Positions 17,546-29,274 are shown, counted from the first letter of the stretch. The stretch: DNA of 64,000 bases from Alphaproteobacteria bacterium (GCA_029059055.1 JAIDWS010000035.1:8670-72669), one strand, 5' to 3'. Made by a program: numbers and translations. Notes: generated from the sequence alone by a model not told the origin.

Positions 17546-20500
17546 CTAGATATCCAACAGCTGCTGCTGGACATTGCCTTCGCGGGCCAGCTTTTCCGCT
17601 TTTTCTTCTTCTTTGGCGATTTCGCGTACGCGACGGACATATGCCCCGGTTCCAATCGGAATCAAACGACCCACAATCAGGTTTTCGTTAATCCCGACCA
17701 GTTTATCGGTTGCCCCGCTGATGGCGGCATCCACCAACACTTTGGTCGTCTGTTGGAACGACGCGTTGGAAATGAACGAACGGGATGTCAACGACGCACG
17801 GGTCAAACCGACCAAGACCTGGGACGCTTCGGCGGCTTTGCCACCGTCGCGGATGACGCGCGCGTTTTCTTCTTCGAAATCGACGCGGTCGACCACCTGG
17901 CCCATCAAGAATCCCGTATCACCCGGATTGGTGATTTCCACACGGCGTGTCATTTCACGGATCAAGATTTCGATATGCTTGTCGTTGATGATAACGCCCT
18001 GCAAGCGGTAAACCTGCTGAATCTGTTCGACCATAAATGTTGCCAAGGCTTTCTGGCCCAAGATGCGCAGAATATCCTGGGGCACGGGGTCGCCATCGAC
18101 CAGCTTTTCGGCCTTTTTCACCGTATCGCCGCTGCGCACCAACAGGTTTGTTCCCTTTGGCACGGCGTATTCGACCGGTGCGGTACCGTCATCCGGTTCA
18201 ATACGGATGATGATTTTGGATTTGGCATCTTCCAGTTCGATGGTTCCATCCACTTCGGCCAGCAATGCCGGGTTTGTCGGACGGCGGACTTCCAACAGCG
18301 CTTCGACGCGCGGCAGCCCACCCGTAATGTCGCTGGTACGTTTGGTCTGGACCGGAATACGTGCCAAGATGTCCCCGGCGGCAACGCGGTCGCCATTGGC
18401 CACGTTCAGCACCGAATAAATCGGCAACAGATATTCCGCGATTTTCTTTCCCCCCAGGGAAACAACTTCGCCCTTGTCATTGACCAGTGTAACCGCCGGC
18501 TTCAATGCCTTTTTGGTGTTTGTTTTCCAATTGATAACCTTGCGCGAAACGATACCGGTCACGGCGTCGACTTCTTCTTGGAACGAAACGTTTTCAATCA
18601 AATCGTTAAAGTTCACAATACCGTCTTTTTCCGCGATAATGGTGTTGGAATACGGATCCCATTCGGCCACTTTGGCGCCTTTTTCAACGGTGTCACCGTC
18701 ATTGACAATCAACATGGACGCATACGGCAACGCCGCAGTGAACAGTTTTTCACCCTTGTCATCGACGACGGACAATTCGCCATTACGGGACAGAACCACA
18801 ACACGTCCCACCGAATTTTTAATCGTGTTAACACCCGACAATTTGATGGTACCGGACACGGGCACTTCGATAAAGTGGCTTTCCGCGCCCCCGGACGCAA
18901 TCCCCCCAATGTGGAAGGTTCGCAGTGTCAACTGGGTCCCCGGTTCACCGATGGATTGACCGGCGATAACACCGACGGCTTCGCCGACGTGGGCCAAACT
19001 GCCGCGGGACAAATCCATACCGTAACATTTCGCACACAGACCGTCACTGCAACATGTCAGTACGCTGCGGACATCAACGGACGGGATACCGGCTTCGTTA
19101 ATCTTTTTCGCGGCGGATTTTGTGACCAATTCACCGGCGGGAACGATAACTTCCTTGGAAATGGGATGAACGATGTCATGCGCCGCCGTACGTCCCAAAA
19201 CAACATCACCCAACGGCACGGACAGTGCGCTGCCCTGGTACACGGGTTTGGCCGTGATGTATTCGGTTGTGCCGCAATCATGTTCGGTGATGACGGTGTT
19301 CTGCGCCAATTCCACCAAACGACGGGTCAAATACCCCGCTTCGGCGGTTTTCAACGCGGTATCCGACATCCCCTTACGCGCACCGTGGGTGGACGTAAAG
19401 TATTCGGACATGGTCAGACCTTCCTTAAAGTTCGAAATAATCGGAACTTCGATAATGGAACCGTCGGGCTTCTGCATCATACCACGCATACCGGCCAACT
19501 GCTGAATCTGTCCTTTGGACCCACGGGCGCCGGACAACGCCATCATCAACACGGAATTCCAATTGTCGCCTTCGGTCTTGCCCAACGCGGCATATGCCAA
19601 ATCCCCCAGTTTATCGGTGGTTTTCTGCCACAAGTCAATCAACTTGTTATATCTTTCGCCATGGGACAGCAACCCATTCTGGTACTGCTGTTCGATTTCT
19701 TCGGCGGCTTTTTCCGCATCGGCAATCATGTCTTTCTTTTCTTCTGGGATGACGATATCGTCAAAACCGATGGAAATACCACTGCGGGCGGCCTGTTCAA
19801 AGCCGGTGTTTTTCAACGCGTCCGCCAACAAAATCATATCTTTGTCGCCGCAACGTTCGTATGTTGTCGCCAACAAGTTTTTGATTTCTTTTTTCGAAAA
19901 AACTTTATTGACCAAATCGAACGGCATATTGTCTTTCTTGGGCAACAATTCACCCAGAATCATACGACCGGCGGTTGTCTGATATGTTTTCCCGTCGATA
20001 CGCGCGATAATCGGCGTATGCAATGTGATGGTCTTGTTTTCCAGGGCCAATTTCACTTCGTCCATGTTGGCAAAGCGCGGCGATTTTTCCGAATGTTCGC
20101 CGTTAATCAGCGAAATGTAGTAAATCCCCAATACCATGTCCTGGGACAATTCAATCATGGGTTCACCGTTCGCCGGCGACAACACGTTGTTCGACGACAG
20201 CATCAATGTGCGCGCTTCCAATTGCGCTTCCAGCGAAATCGGCACGTGCACGGACATCTGGTCACCGTCAAAGTCCGCATTAAATCCTTTACACACCAAC
20301 GGGTGCAGACGGATGGCCTTGCCTTCGATTAAGACCGGTTCAAACGCCAACAATGACAAACGGTGCAATGTCGGCGCACGGTTCAACAGAACCGGATGCT
20401 GATAAATCACTTTTTCCAGGATTTCCCAAACGATTTCTTCGCCGTTTTCGACCATTTTGCGTGCGGTCTTTAACGTGTTGGCATAATCACCCGCCAACAG

Positions 20501-21655
20501 ACGCGCAAACACGAACGGTTTGAACAATTCCAACGCCATTGTTTTCGGCAAACCGACCTGATGCAATTTCAGGGTGGGTCCCGACACAATTACAGAACGT
20601 CCGGAATAATCCACACGTTTACCCAACATGTTCATACGGAAACGTCCGGATTTCCCACGCAGCGAATCCGACAAAGATTTCAGCGGGCGGCGGTTCTGGG
20701 ACACCATCGGGCGTGCCTTGTGACCATTGTCGAACAATGAATCGACGGCTTCCTGTAACATGCGCTTTTCATTGCGGACAATGATTTCCGGCGCATGCAT
20801 ATCAATAAATCTTTTCAAACGGTTGTTACGGATGATAACGCGACGATACAAATCGTTCAAATCCGATGCCGCGACGTGCCCCGCATCCAATGTCACCAAG
20901 GGACGCATATCCGGCGGGATAACCGGCAGAATGTCCGGCAACATCCAGGCCGGGTCGGTCTTGGATTCCAAGAACGCTTCGACCAGTTTCAATTGCTTAA
21001 TCAAAGCCTTGCGTTTGGCTTCGGATTTTGTTTCGGCCAATTCCGCGCGCAGACGGCGACGTTCGTCACCCATATCCAGGTTGGCAATAATGCTGCGCAC
21101 ACCTTCGGCACCGATGCCGACATGGAACGCATCCGCGCCGAATTCTTCGACGGCGGCCTGGTATTCGTCTTCGCTGATAACGTCATACATTTTCAAGCTG
21201 GTCAGGCCCGGTTCCGTCACGATATACGCATCGTAATAAATCACCTGTTCCAGTTTTTTCTGGGGCAGATTGTTCAACAATGTCGCGATTTTACCTTCGC
21301 GCATGAACCATGTGTGGGACACCGGCATCGCCAATTTGATGTGGCCCATACGTTCACGGCGCACGGACGAAGACCCGATTTCAACCCCGCAACGTTCACA
21401 GACCACGCCACGGAATTTGATGCGCTTGTACTTACCACATGCGCATTCATAATCCTTCACAGGTCCGAAAATCTGCTGACAGAACAACCCGTCGGCTTCC
21501 GGTTTCAGGGAATGATAGTTAATTGTTTCCGGCTTTTTAACTTCGCCATGGGACCAAGACAGGATTTCTTCGGGTGATGCGATTGTAATCCGCAGTGCGT
21601 CGAACTGTTCTTTGGTTTCAATTTGTCCAAATATCTTTTGCAACATATTGGTCAT
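17546..21655 (-). CDS. rpoC: DNA-directed RNA polymerase subunit beta'
   Basis: 1369 aa; NADFDGDQM catalytic motif; Zn-binding Cys. Confidence 0.97.
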   Translation of the reverse strand: MTNMLQKIFGQIETKEQFDALRITIASPEEILSWSHGEVKKPETINYHSLKPEADGLFCQQIFGPVKDYECACGKYKRIKFRGVVCERCGVEIGSSSVRRERMGHIKLAMPVSHTWFMREGKIATLLNNLPQKKLEQVIYYDAYIVTEPGLTSLKMYDVISEDEYQAAVEEFGADAFHVGIGAEGVRSIIANLDMGDERRRLRAELAETKSEAKRKALIKQLKLVEAFLESKTDPAWMLPDILPVIPPDMRPLVTLDAGHVAASDLNDLYRRVIIRNNRLKRFIDMHAPEIIVRNEKRMLQEAVDSLFDNGHKARPMVSQNRRPLKSLSDSLRGKSGRFRMNMLGKRVDYSGRSVIVSGPTLKLHQVGLPKTMALELFKPFVFARLLAGDYANTLKTARKMVENGEEIVWEILEKVIYQHPVLLNRAPTLHRLSLLAFEPVLIEGKAIRLHPLVCKGFNADFDGDQMSVHVPISLEAQLEARTLMLSSNNVLSPANGEPMIELSQDMVLGIYYISLINGEHSEKSPRFANMDEVKLALENKTITLHTPIIARIDGKTYQTTAGRMILGELLPKKDNMPFDLVNKVFSKKEIKNLLATTYERCGDKDMILLADALKNTGFEQAARSGISIGFDDIVIPEEKKDMIADAEKAAEEIEQQYQNGLLSHGERYNKLIDLWQKTTDKLGDLAYAALGKTEGDNWNSVLMMALSGARGSKGQIQQLAGMRGMMQKPDGSIIEVPIISNFKEGLTMSEYFTSTHGARKGMSDTALKTAEAGYLTRRLVELAQNTVITEHDCGTTEYITAKPVYQGSALSVPLGDVVLGRTAAHDIVHPISKEVIVPAGELVTKSAAKKINEAGIPSVDVRSVLTCCSDGLCAKCYGMDLSRGSLAHVGEAVGVIAGQSIGEPGTQLTLRTFHIGGIASGGAESHFIEVPVSGTIKLSGVNTIKNSVGRVVVLSRNGELSVVDDKGEKLFTAALPYASMLIVNDGDTVEKGAKVAEWDPYSNTIIAEKDGIVNFNDLIENVSFQEEVDAVTGIVSRKVINWKTNTKKALKPAVTLVNDKGEVVSLGGKKIAEYLLPIYSVLNVANGDRVAAGDILARIPVQTKRTSDITGGLPRVEALLEVRRPTNPALLAEVDGTIELEDAKSKIIIRIEPDDGTAPVEYAVPKGTNLLVRSGDTVKKAEKLVDGDPVPQDILRILGQKALATFMVEQIQQVYRLQGVIINDKHIEILIREMTRRVEITNPGDTGFLMGQVVDRVDFEEENARVIRDGGKAAEASQVLVGLTRASLTSRSFISNASFQQTTKVLVDAAISGATDKLVGINENLIVGRLIPIGTGAYVRRVREIAKEEEKAEKLAREGNVQQQLLDI

Positions 21656-21739
21656 GTATTTTTGCTCCTTATCGTCGCTAAGAGTGCTAGTGGCAAGTAT
21701 GACCGACGGCGCGACCGCCGGTCATGGATGCCCCCGCCA

Positions 21740-24700
21740 CTAATCAATTTTCTTCGGTGTCATGGCCAGCCCCAGACCGCGCAATTCACGTACGAATACG
21801 TTAAAGGCTTCTGGTGTGCCGGTTTGGATGTCGTTGCTGCCGGAAATGATGGATTCGTACATCTTGTTTCGGCCGGCGATGTCGTCCGATTTGACGGTCA
21901 ACATTTCGCGCAGCAAATGTGCGGCCCCATGCGCTTCCAGCGCCCAGACTTCCATTTCCCCCAGTCGCTGACCACCCATGTGGGCTTTACCGGACAACGG
22001 CTGTTGTGTAACCAGGGAATAATTACCAATCGAACGTGCGTGAATCTTTTCATCAACAAAGTGATGCAGTTTCAGCATGTACATCACACCGACGGTAACC
22101 GGACGTGCGAACGGTTCACCCGTCATCCCGTCATACAGTGTGAACTGACCGGTTTCCGGCAATTTCGCCAGCTTTAACATGCGGCGAATATCTTCGGGTG
22201 TCGCACCGTCGAATGTCGGGGTTGCCATCGGCACACCGTTTTTCAACAACGCGGCTTCCGCGCGGACGTCCGTATCGGTCATTTTATCCAATTTTTCGGA
22301 AACATCCTTGCCGTAAACCTTGCCCATGACACTGCGCAGGTCATCTGTCACGGCACGTTTTTGTTTAACTTCTTCCAGAACATCGCCAATCTGCTGGCCC
22401 AGCGCACGCGCCGCCATCCCCAGGTGGGTTTCCAGAATCTGACCAATGTTCATACGCGACGGCACACCCAACGGGTTCAACACCAAATCAACCGGTGTCC
22501 CATCGGCCAAGTGCGGCATATCTTCAATCGGCACAACCTTGGACACGATACCCTTGTTACCGTGACGTCCGGCCATTTTATCCCCGGGCTGCAATTTCAT
22601 TTTATGCGCGATGTAAACCTTGACTTCTTTCAAGACACCGGCATTCAGCGAATTGCTTTCGGTTGCTTTTGCGACTTCTGCATCAGCCTTTTCGTTCAGC
22701 TGTTTCAGCTTGATAATATGCTGTTCACGCAATTCATCGATACGCGTCTGCGCTTCTTTGTTGCGCACGACAATCTTTTTCATATCGGCGGGGCGGATAC
22801 CTTCGAAAACTTCTTCGGTCAATTTTTTACCGACGAACGGTTTCAAACTGCCGGTTCCGGCGTCAATGACGGCCCCTTCGGCAATCTGGAAGATTTGGTC
22901 GGCAAAGCCCTTTTCGATAATGGCGATTTCTTCTTCGCGATCTTTGTTAATCTTTTCGATTTTTTGCAGTTCAATCATCTGGGTGCGTTCGTCTTTTTTG
23001 ACACCATGACGGGTCAAGACGTTCACGCCGATAACTGTCCCTTCTTCGTTGGGTCCCACGCGCAGCGATGTATCTTTCACATTCAACGCCTTTTCCCCAA
23101 AGATGTTACGCAACAAGGCTTCTTCTGGGGTCAGCAATGTTTCGGATTTCGGCGAAACACGACCGACCAAGATGTCGCCCTGTTTCACGCGCGCCCCGAC
23201 ATAAATGATACCGGATTCGTCCAGATTTTTCAGTGCTTCTTCACTGACGTTCGGGATATCGCGGGTCAAGCTTTCCGGGCCCAACTGTGTATCGCGGACC
23301 TTGAATTCTTTTTCAACGATTTTAACCGATGTGTACACGTCATCGCGGGAAATACGTTCGGAAATAACAATCGAATCTTCATAGTTATATCCACGCCACG
23401 GCATAAACGCGACCAAAACGTTGCGTCCCAACGCCAATTCACCGTAATTCATCGACGACCCGTCGGCAATGATGTCGCCCGCAGAAATACGGTCGCCAAC
23501 TTTTACCAGCGGTTTTTGATGAATCAATGTTTCACTGTTGGAACGTTCGAATTTTTCCAGGTTGTAAATATCAACCCCGGTCACGACGTTGCGGCTGTTC
23601 ATACATTTAACCACGATACGGTTCGCATCAACGGATTCGACGACACCGCTGTGCTTGGCAACCTTTCCGGTGCGGGAATCGCGGGCCACTTCGCGTTCAA
23701 TACCTGTACCGACCAACGGGGCTTCGACGCGCAGCAACGGCACAGCCTGGCGCTGCATGTTCGATCCCATCAAGGCACGGTTCGCGTCGTCGGATTCAAC
23801 GAACGGAATCAAACCGGTTGCGATGGACATAACCTGGCGCGGTTCAACGTCGATTAAATCGATTTCTTCTTTCGGCACCATGGTAAATTCGCCGTCGACA
23901 CGTGCGGTCACGACATCTTCGGACAAGACGCCCGCCGCGGTTGTCGGGGTGTTACCCTGGGCAATTTTATGGCCCAGTTCTTCGTCCGCCGTCAGATAAA
24001 CGATTTTATCTGTAATTTTGCTGTTTTCGACCACATAGTACGGTGTTTCGATAAACCCATACGGATTCACGCGCGCATACGCGGCCAAATGGTTAATCAG
24101 CCCAATGTTGGCCCCTTCGGGGGTGTGAATCGGGCACAAACGGCCATAGTGTGTCGGATGTACGTCGCGGACGTCGATACCGGCACGGTCGCGGTTCAAC
24201 CCACCCGGCCCCAACGCCGAAATACGACGTTTGTGTTCCAATTCTGCCAACGGATTATACGCATCCATAAACTGGGACAATTGGGATGTCCCCAAGAATT
24301 CAGACACCAACGACATCAACGGTTTAACGTTAATGACATCCTGGGGCTGCATATTGGCAATGTTCGGGCTGGACAACGCTTCACGGACCAGACGTTCAAT
24401 ACGAACCATCCCGGTGCGGAAATTCTGTTCCAGCAATTCGCCAACCGTACGCACGCGACGGTTCGACAGATTGTCGATATCATCAACGACGTCTTTGCGG
24501 TCAATGATATTGGTCAGTGTTTTCAACACAGCCAAGAAATCCGCCTTGGTCAGCAAGCGTTCATCTTCGGGCTTCTTGCCGGATTCGATTTTCAAACGCT
24601 TGTTCATCTTAAAGCGACCAACCGCAGACAAATCATAATACGCGGCTTCGAATCCCTGGCGCAGGAACAGGTTAATGGCTGCTTCCAGTGTCGGACGTTC

Positions 24701-25876
24701 ACCCGGACGGATGATGTTATAAATTTCAATCAACGCTTCTTCGCGGTTGGTGGTCTTGTCGGCCATCAAAGTATTGCGGATATGCGCGCTGATGGTGGCA
24801 TTGTCAATGGAAATCAGGGAAATGTTTTTAATATCCCGCTTTTCCAAATCGGCCAAAACTTCTTCTGTGATTTCGGTACCGGCCGGGTACAAAACTTCGT
24901 CCCCCACCATAATCGGATCAAACAGATATTCCCCAATCAGGGCATCTGTCGCCATACCGAATTCTTTGGACGCGGCCATGATTTTGGCCAAACGTTTCGC
25001 GTTCAAACGGTCACCCTTGGACGCCAAAACTTTCTTGTCCTTGGGGTTAATGATATCGTAATTCAAACGATATTTATCCAGCCCTTCGAACACAGCGGTT
25101 TCACCAACCCACAGTTTGCCGTCAAAGGCCAACGGGATACGCTTGTAAAACGCGGCCAAGATTTCTGTTTCACTCATCCCGCGGATGGATGTCTTGCGCG
25201 GGTCGGCCAACCATTTCTTTTCATCTTCGGCCGCCGGCAGGCAACGCAACAACACCGTTGCCGGGATTTTACGGCGACGGTCGATGCGGACATAGATAAC
25301 GCCCTTGGCTTCTTCGAAATCAATCCAGCTGCCATGTTCGGGGATGATACGCGCTGTATACGTAACCGGGTTACCGGCGACCTTGGATTCTTTGGTCGTA
25401 CCGAACACAACACCCTGGGCGCGGTGCATCTGGGAAACGATAACACGTTCGACACCCGATGCGATAAAGCTGCCGCGTTCAGTCATCAGCGGCACTTCGC
25501 CCATAAATATTTCTTGTTCCTTGATATCGCGCAAAGACTTCTTACCATCTTCTGCGACATCCCATAAAATCAATCTCAGCTTCAATTTCAGCTTGCTGGA
25601 ATATGTCATATTACGCAGCATGCATTCTTTTACGTTGTAGACAGGCTTGTCCAATGTGTATTCAACGAATTCCAGGTCGGCAACGCCGGCATAATCCTTG
25701 ATCGGGAACATGGACGAGAATACGTTTTGCAGCCCAATATTTTTACGGTTCTGTGGGTCTACATCTGCCTGCAAAAAATCTTTGTAAGAATTATATTGAA
25801 TTTCAACTAAATCAGGAAGCGGAGTTTGCAAAAAACTTTTACCAAAAGATTTTCTAAGTTTCTGGATAACTGCCAT
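21740..25876 (-). CDS. rpoB: DNA-directed RNA polymerase subunit beta
   Basis: 1378 aa; conserved rifampicin-cluster region and C-terminus. Confidence 0.97.
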   Translation of the reverse strand: MAVIQKLRKSFGKSFLQTPLPDLVEIQYNSYKDFLQADVDPQNRKNIGLQNVFSSMFPIKDYAGVADLEFVEYTLDKPVYNVKECMLRNMTYSSKLKLKLRLILWDVAEDGKKSLRDIKEQEIFMGEVPLMTERGSFIASGVERVIVSQMHRAQGVVFGTTKESKVAGNPVTYTARIIPEHGSWIDFEEAKGVIYVRIDRRRKIPATVLLRCLPAAEDEKKWLADPRKTSIRGMSETEILAAFYKRIPLAFDGKLWVGETAVFEGLDKYRLNYDIINPKDKKVLASKGDRLNAKRLAKIMAASKEFGMATDALIGEYLFDPIMVGDEVLYPAGTEITEEVLADLEKRDIKNISLISIDNATISAHIRNTLMADKTTNREEALIEIYNIIRPGERPTLEAAINLFLRQGFEAAYYDLSAVGRFKMNKRLKIESGKKPEDERLLTKADFLAVLKTLTNIIDRKDVVDDIDNLSNRRVRTVGELLEQNFRTGMVRIERLVREALSSPNIANMQPQDVINVKPLMSLVSEFLGTSQLSQFMDAYNPLAELEHKRRISALGPGGLNRDRAGIDVRDVHPTHYGRLCPIHTPEGANIGLINHLAAYARVNPYGFIETPYYVVENSKITDKIVYLTADEELGHKIAQGNTPTTAAGVLSEDVVTARVDGEFTMVPKEEIDLIDVEPRQVMSIATGLIPFVESDDANRALMGSNMQRQAVPLLRVEAPLVGTGIEREVARDSRTGKVAKHSGVVESVDANRIVVKCMNSRNVVTGVDIYNLEKFERSNSETLIHQKPLVKVGDRISAGDIIADGSSMNYGELALGRNVLVAFMPWRGYNYEDSIVISERISRDDVYTSVKIVEKEFKVRDTQLGPESLTRDIPNVSEEALKNLDESGIIYVGARVKQGDILVGRVSPKSETLLTPEEALLRNIFGEKALNVKDTSLRVGPNEEGTVIGVNVLTRHGVKKDERTQMIELQKIEKINKDREEEIAIIEKGFADQIFQIAEGAVIDAGTGSLKPFVGKKLTEEVFEGIRPADMKKIVVRNKEAQTRIDELREQHIIKLKQLNEKADAEVAKATESNSLNAGVLKEVKVYIAHKMKLQPGDKMAGRHGNKGIVSKVVPIEDMPHLADGTPVDLVLNPLGVPSRMNIGQILETHLGMAARALGQQIGDVLEEVKQKRAVTDDLRSVMGKVYGKDVSEKLDKMTDTDVRAEAALLKNGVPMATPTFDGATPEDIRRMLKLAKLPETGQFTLYDGMTGEPFARPVTVGVMYMLKLHHFVDEKIHARSIGNYSLVTQQPLSGKAHMGGQRLGEMEVWALEAHGAAHLLREMLTVKSDDIAGRNKMYESIISGSNDIQTGTPEAFNVFVRELRGLGLAMTPKKID

Positions 25877-26049
25877 TGTTTGAATCCTTTCTTTTTTGTG
25901 TTTTGCAAACGAAAAAGTTTGCGAATTATTCGCTGTCCCTTTTTACGCCTGGATGCCCGCCTGGGATATACAGCATCCCAAGCGGGCGGCGAAATCGCAA
26001 ATTTGCGATTTTACAGATTGGTGGGACCGCCCCCGCGGTCCCGGCGGAA

Positions 26050-26415
26050 TTATTTCAATTCCACTTTCGCGCCAGCGGCTTCCAAGGTCGCTTTCAGCTT
26101 TTCAGCTTCGTCCTTGCTGGCACCTTCTTTGACAGCCTTCGGCGCGGATTCGACCAAAGCTTTCGCTTCGCCCAAGCCCAAACCTGTGATGTCTTTTACA
26201 GCCTTGATGACAGCCAATTTGTTCGCACCGGCTTCGGCCAGAACGACATCAAATTCTGTCTTTTCTTCTGCGGCGGCCGCGGCCGGACCAGCAGCAACTG
26301 CAACAGCTGCGGCGGCGCTGACGCCCCATGTTTCTTCCAACGCTTTGGACAGTTCAACAGCTTCCAAAACGGACAATTTGGACAATTCTTCAACCAATTT
26401 CTGAATGTCTGCCAT
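26050..26415 (-). CDS. rplL: 50S ribosomal protein L7/L12
   Basis: Ala-rich hinge; [16 protein letters not shown]. Confidence 0.95.
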   Translation of the reverse strand: MADIQKLVEELSKLSVLEAVELSKALEETWGVSAAAAVAVAAGPAAAAAEEKTEFDVVLAEAGANKLAVIKAVKDITGLGLGEAKALVESAPKAVKEGASKDEAEKLKATLEAAGAKVELK

Positions 26416-26463
26416 TTTATACTCCTATTCGGGTGTTTTGCAGAATGTTTCCATTCTGTATTA

Positions 26464-26943
26464 TTATTGTTCTTTTTTTCCATACTCTGCGGAAACACGG
26501 GCCAGGCGTGACGCCGGTTCGACCAAGATACGTGCAATCGTACCACGGATTTCCAACAGGGACGGAAGCTTGGATAATTGCATAACGCCGTCTGTATCCA
26601 GAAGTTCCGCGTCCATTTTACCACCAACGATGGTCAGATTCGGATGGGCTTCGGCAAATTTGGCCAAAACCTTGGTCACGGCCAGCGCGTCTGTCGCCAC
26701 TGCAACAGCGGTGGGCCGTTTCATCAAATCAGAAACGGGCGCAAAGTCGGTGTCTTTCAACGCCAACTTCATCAAACGGTTTTTCACGACTTTGAACACG
26801 GAAACCAAACCGCGCAATTCATTACGCAGGCTTTCCATTTCCTTAACCGTCAAACCGTGGTTTTCAACAACGAAAACACCGTTCGCTTCTTTCAGGGACG
26901 ACTGTAACGCTGAAATCAAATCTGATTTTTCTTCGCGTCTCAT
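26464..26943 (-). CDS. rplJ: 50S ribosomal protein L10
   Basis: Start MRREEKSDLISAL... The upstream in-frame extension to 27051 is not conserved. Confidence 0.9.
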   Translation of the reverse strand: MRREEKSDLISALQSSLKEANGVFVVENHGLTVKEMESLRNELRGLVSVFKVVKNRLMKLALKDTDFAPVSDLMKRPTAVAVATDALAVTKVLAKFAEAHPNLTIVGGKMDAELLDTDGVMQLSKLPSLLEIRGTIARILVEPASRLARVSAEYGKKEQ

Positions 26944-27160
26944 TTTGTCATTTTCCTTCAAGCTTCTTTTGTTTAACTTTCCATCCCGGGTTTCCCCGGG
27001 GTGGGGCTGTTTCCCGTCCGGTTGCCCGGGCGGGGCTTTTTCCTGCCCCAAAGAATTTTTTCTTTGTCTATGATGGCGTTTGGTTTAAGCGTTTAATCGC
27101 ACCATCAGTCTTGGACAGAAATCTGTTTTGCCGTCCGGCGCGAACGCCGGACATGCGGTA
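26944..27160 (-). promoter_or_regulatory. Putative L10(L12) autoregulatory leader upstream of rplJ (GC-rich hairpins)
   Basis: Position and strong secondary-structure potential (cccgggcgggg..., ccccggggtgggg). Confidence 0.35.
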
Positions 27161-27835
27161 TTATTTCGCTTCGACTTTCAGACCCGGGCCCTGGGTGGTC
27201 GCAATTGCGCAACCCAAGATGTATTGACCCTTGCTGGTGGCCGGCTTTACCTTTTTCAGCTGTTCAATCAACGCATTCGCGTTTTCAACCAACTGCTGTG
27301 TGGCAAAGGACATTTTACCGATACCGGCGTGAACGATACCTTTCTTTTCCGCACGGTATTCAATCTGACCGGCTTTGGCTGTTGCAACCGCTTCGGCGAC
27401 GTTGTTGGTAACCGTCCCCAGTTTCGGGTTCGGCATCAGCCCCTTGGGCCCCAAGATACGTGCAACCTTGGACATTTTCGGCATCATATCCGGTGTGGCG
27501 ATAACACGGTCGAAATTGATTTCACCGGCTGCGACTTTTTCAATCAAATCTTCGCCACCAACGACATCGGCGCCGGCCTTTTTGGCTTCGTCCTGGGCAT
27601 TGGCTGTGAACACCGCAACGCGGACGGTTTTACCCGTACCATGCGGCAAAGACAACATACCACGAATGTTCTGGTCTGCCTTGGCCACATCGACGCCCAA
27701 ACGAACGGCGATTTCCAGGCTTTCATCGAATTTCTTGGAACAATACGGACGCAGTGCTTCGATTGCATCGGCAATGGAATAAACTTTGTCTGTGTCCAGG
27801 TTCGCCCAAGTTTTTTGTCTTTTTGTAACTTTCAT
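27161..27835 (-). CDS. rplA: 50S ribosomal protein L1
   Basis: Full-length L1. Confidence 0.95.
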   Translation of the reverse strand: MKVTKRQKTWANLDTDKVYSIADAIEALRPYCSKKFDESLEIAVRLGVDVAKADQNIRGMLSLPHGTGKTVRVAVFTANAQDEAKKAGADVVGGEDLIEKVAAGEINFDRVIATPDMMPKMSKVARILGPKGLMPNPKLGTVTNNVAEAVATAKAGQIEYRAEKKGIVHAGIGKMSFATQQLVENANALIEQLKKVKPATSKGQYILGCAIATTQGPGLKVEAK

Positions 27836-27838
27836 ATC

Positions 27839-28270
27839 TTATTCCCCCACCTTTACGCCCATGGAACGGCACTGACCGGCGACGATATTCATCGCAGATT
27901 CAATGGTAGAGCAATTTAAGTCCGGCATTTTCGCTTCGGCAATCTGTTTGATTTGGTCCTGGGAAATGGTCCCGACGAAATCACGGCCCGGTTTGTGGGA
28001 CCCGATTTTCAGCTTCAACGCCTTTTTGATGTAATACGACACCGGCGGCAGCTTCATAATGAATTCAAAGCTGCGGTCTGTATAAACCGTGATAATGCAC
28101 GGAATCGGCATACCCGGTTCCTTGTCCGCGGTTTTGTCGTTAAACTGTTTGCAGAATTCGGCGATATTCACGCCGGCCGCACCCAACGCCGGCCCAATCG
28201 GTGGCGCAGGATTCGCTTGTTTTGCGGGAACGACCAGTTTGACCACTCCCTTTACTTCTTTCTTTGCCAT
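27839..28270 (-). CDS. rplK: 50S ribosomal protein L11
   Basis: [14 protein letters not shown] motif. Confidence 0.95.
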   Translation of the reverse strand: MAKKEVKGVVKLVVPAKQANPAPPIGPALGAAGVNIAEFCKQFNDKTADKEPGMPIPCIITVYTDRSFEFIMKLPPVSYYIKKALKLKIGSHKPGRDFVGTISQDQIKQIAEAKMPDLNCSTIESAMNIVAGQCRSMGVKVGE

Positions 28271-28541
28271 TTTTCACTCCATTTAATTTTTGATGCACAT
28301 GCATCTGGTTGTGCCGTGGTACGATGTGGCGCATCCACCACGGTTTTGCGATTTTTACAAAAACCGCATAAAAAACTCTGTTCTACTCAGCGACTTTTTG
28401 CCTTTAACCGGGCATAATAATCTGCAATCGCTTTTCGGGCCCAATCCGGATTTTTGGTTTTAAAGCCGGATACCAGCAACGCCACCGTCACCATATTTTT
28501 CAGCTTTTCTTTGGTCGGCGCCACCCATACAAACTCTTTCA

Positions 28542-29075
28542 TTATACACGTTCCACCTGGGTAAAGTCCAATTCCACACTGGTTTCACGTCCAAAGACCA
28601 AAATGGTCACGGTCATTTTCTGCTTTAAATTATCCACTTCGGATGCGATACCGTTAAAGTTCGCAAACGGTCCGTCGATAACATGAACTTCTTGGCCGAC
28701 TTCGTATTCGACATCGTCCATAACGACCGCCCCTTCTTCGACCTGCTTTTGCAGGCGACGGGCTTCTTCTTCGCTGACGGCGATGGGTTTATTCTTCTGG
28801 CCCAGGAACATAACCACCTGGGGCATTAATTTCACCAATGAAAATGTTTCGTTGGTCAACACCATCTGCACGACGATATAGCCCGGGAAAAACTTTTTTT
28901 CAGATTTAACGCGCTTGCCGGCCTTTACTTCTGTAACTTCGCGTGTCGGGACCAAAATTTCCCCAAACAACGCGTTCAAACGACGCTTGTCAATCTGTTC
29001 ACGCAAACCACGTGCGACCTTGTCTTCGCACCCTGTGTGAACATTTACGACAAACCACTGCATTTTGCCTTCCAT
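28542..29075 (-). CDS. nusG: Transcription termination/antitermination factor NusG
   Basis: NGN and KOW domains. Start ambiguous (MEGKMQWF...); an alternative start is 29063. Confidence 0.9.
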   Translation of the reverse strand: MEGKMQWFVVNVHTGCEDKVARGLREQIDKRRLNALFGEILVPTREVTEVKAGKRVKSEKKFFPGYIVVQMVLTNETFSLVKLMPQVVMFLGQKNKPIAVSEEEARRLQKQVEEGAVVMDDVEYEVGQEVHVIDGPFANFNGIASEVDNLKQKMTVTILVFGRETSVELDFTQVERV

Positions 29076-29094
29076 ATGCACTTCCTTTGCCCGT

Positions 29095-29274
29095 TTAGAA
29101 AATCCAACCAACAATCGCGTTCAGCACGCTGTCGACAACAAAGAAGAACAGCGCCGCCAAACCAGAAAACACCAGAATCATGATAGTTGTACGAATAACA
29201 GTATCACGCGACGGCCAAACAATCTTGAACCATTCGCTACGAACCGATTTGATATATTCTAGTAATTTCTTCAT
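29095..29274 (-). CDS. secE: Preprotein translocase subunit SecE (short single-TM form, 59 aa; found by manual translation)
   Basis: MKKLLEYIKSVRSEWFKIVWPSRDTVIRTTIMILVFSGLAALFFFVVDSVLNAIVGWIF*. Canonical position between tRNA-Trp and nusG. Confidence 0.8.
   Translation of the reverse strand: MKKLLEYIKSVRSEWFKIVWPSRDTVIRTTIMILVFSGLAALFFFVVDSVLNAIVGWIF

Noticed and set aside
17546-25876. Numerous long antisense and alternate-frame ORFs inside rpoB and rpoC (for example 17507..20332, 21623..22177, 22361..23857, 23969..25567)
   Set aside because: These are fully embedded in highly conserved RNAP genes. Open alternate frames of this kind are common in long conserved genes.
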